Virus record (IMG/VR): IMGVR_UViG_3300012988_000004
Location: 1-58,003 of that record
DNA: 58,003 nt
Source: a virus
Lineage: Duplodnaviria > Caudoviricetes
Strand: one strand, 5' to 3'
Of the stretch, positions 57,581 through 58,003 are shown one piece after another. How positions within the stretch are numbered: the stretch's first letter is position 1; each line of letters starts with the position of its first letter. The translations under genes were made by a program, and so were the position numbers. The notes beneath the pieces were generated by a model that saw only the letters and a list, made by a program, of their open reading frames with translations, was not told where the DNA came from and made no database searches.

Positions 57581-57631
57581 AAAAAAAGAACCCCTGACTT
57601 TAGGAGCTGCCTTTCCCGCAATCAGAGGTCT
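57581..57631 (-). terminator. Leader terminator/attenuator hairpin
   Basis: AGACCTCTGA...TCAGGGGTTCT followed by a U-tract. Confidence 0.6.
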
Positions 57632-57693
57632 TAAGTTTTTGAAACCCGAAGTAAAAGTATTACTTTTTTTCGGATAGGCAGCAGATTCTTTAA

Positions 57694-57724
57694 CAAACAT
57701 AATCTTATTTTTTAATGATGCAAA
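57694..57724 (-). promoter_or_regulatory. Bacteroidota sigma-type promoter TTTG-N19-TATGTTTG
   Basis: Perfect -33/-7 consensus, with the AAAAAATAA spacer motif. Confidence 0.75.
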
Positions 57725-57741
57725 TCATCGTTTTTAAAAAG

Positions 57742-58003
57742 TTATACACATTTCTTCAACAATTCCACTTCCTTCTGCATTTTCTCCTCATTGAATACCC
57801 ACCAGAACAAGCATGCTTTGACGTTATGGGCCATTATCCCATCGCAATCCGTGAGCAGAAGTATGCCTCTCTCGAAGAAGGTCTTGTTGATTAATCCAGG
57901 CACATCCTTCATTCCTATGATCTCTATGGCTGTGTTGGCCATGATCGCGTCCATATCCTCGCCATACATGGCACTGACCAGGTTGAAGGAATTCACCAGC
58001 TGA
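57742..58003 (-). CDS. Hypothetical protein spanning the circular junction (true ATG at window position 152)
   Basis: Frame continues through the repeat into 117..152, giving MEAQDDKIVTQLVNSFNL... Confidence 0.7.
   Translation of the reverse strand, partial: QLVNSFNLVSAMYGEDMDAIMANTAIEIIGMKDVPGLINKTFFERGILLLTDCDGIMAHNVKACLFWWVFNEEKMQKEVELLKKCV
57881..58003. repeat. Terminal direct repeat copy 2
   Basis: Identical to 1..123. Confidence 0.97.

Noticed and set aside
57329-57700. 123-aa minus ORF
   Set aside because: Its start lies within the promoter -7 box and it runs through a terminator and hairpins, so it is probably spurious.
57881-58003. 123-bp direct repeat as a biological terminal repeat
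   Set aside because: It falls inside a gene that reads through the junction and the terminase is cos-type, so it is most likely an assembler overlap.

Overview
This window is an apparently complete, circularly assembled ~57.9 kb tailed phage genome. It has a 123-bp end overlap, and one gene reads across the junction. The host is most likely Bacteroidota, judged from TAnnTTTG promoters, SD-less A-rich starts and signal peptides cleaved before Gln. A lambda-type head (GpA terminase, gpW, portal, ClpP protease, decoration D, capsid E) is combined with a Mu-type contractile tail. I see no integrase, transposase or DNA polymerase. The main points of interest are: (1) a ~9.5 kb island between terminase and tail sheath with about 8 soluble glycosyltransferase-like genes, 3 SAM methyltransferases and an epimerase-like gene, a candidate virion glycan-coat pathway; (2) a fibre-like protein and two neighbours that carry export signals, plus a shared C-terminal RxFDSSFDxSF peptide on two tail proteins, suggesting exported fibres that dock on virions at lysis; (3) a non-canonical tRNA-like RNA and a ~320-nt stem-closed RNA candidate; (4) a Lys/Pro-rich micropeptide coupled to a membrane protein inside the lysis cassette; (5) Tad1- and Tad2-like anti-defence sponges, conserved early and late promoter motifs, a cos-like site and a -1 tail-chaperone frameshift. 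All family calls come from reading motifs by eye; no database searches were run.
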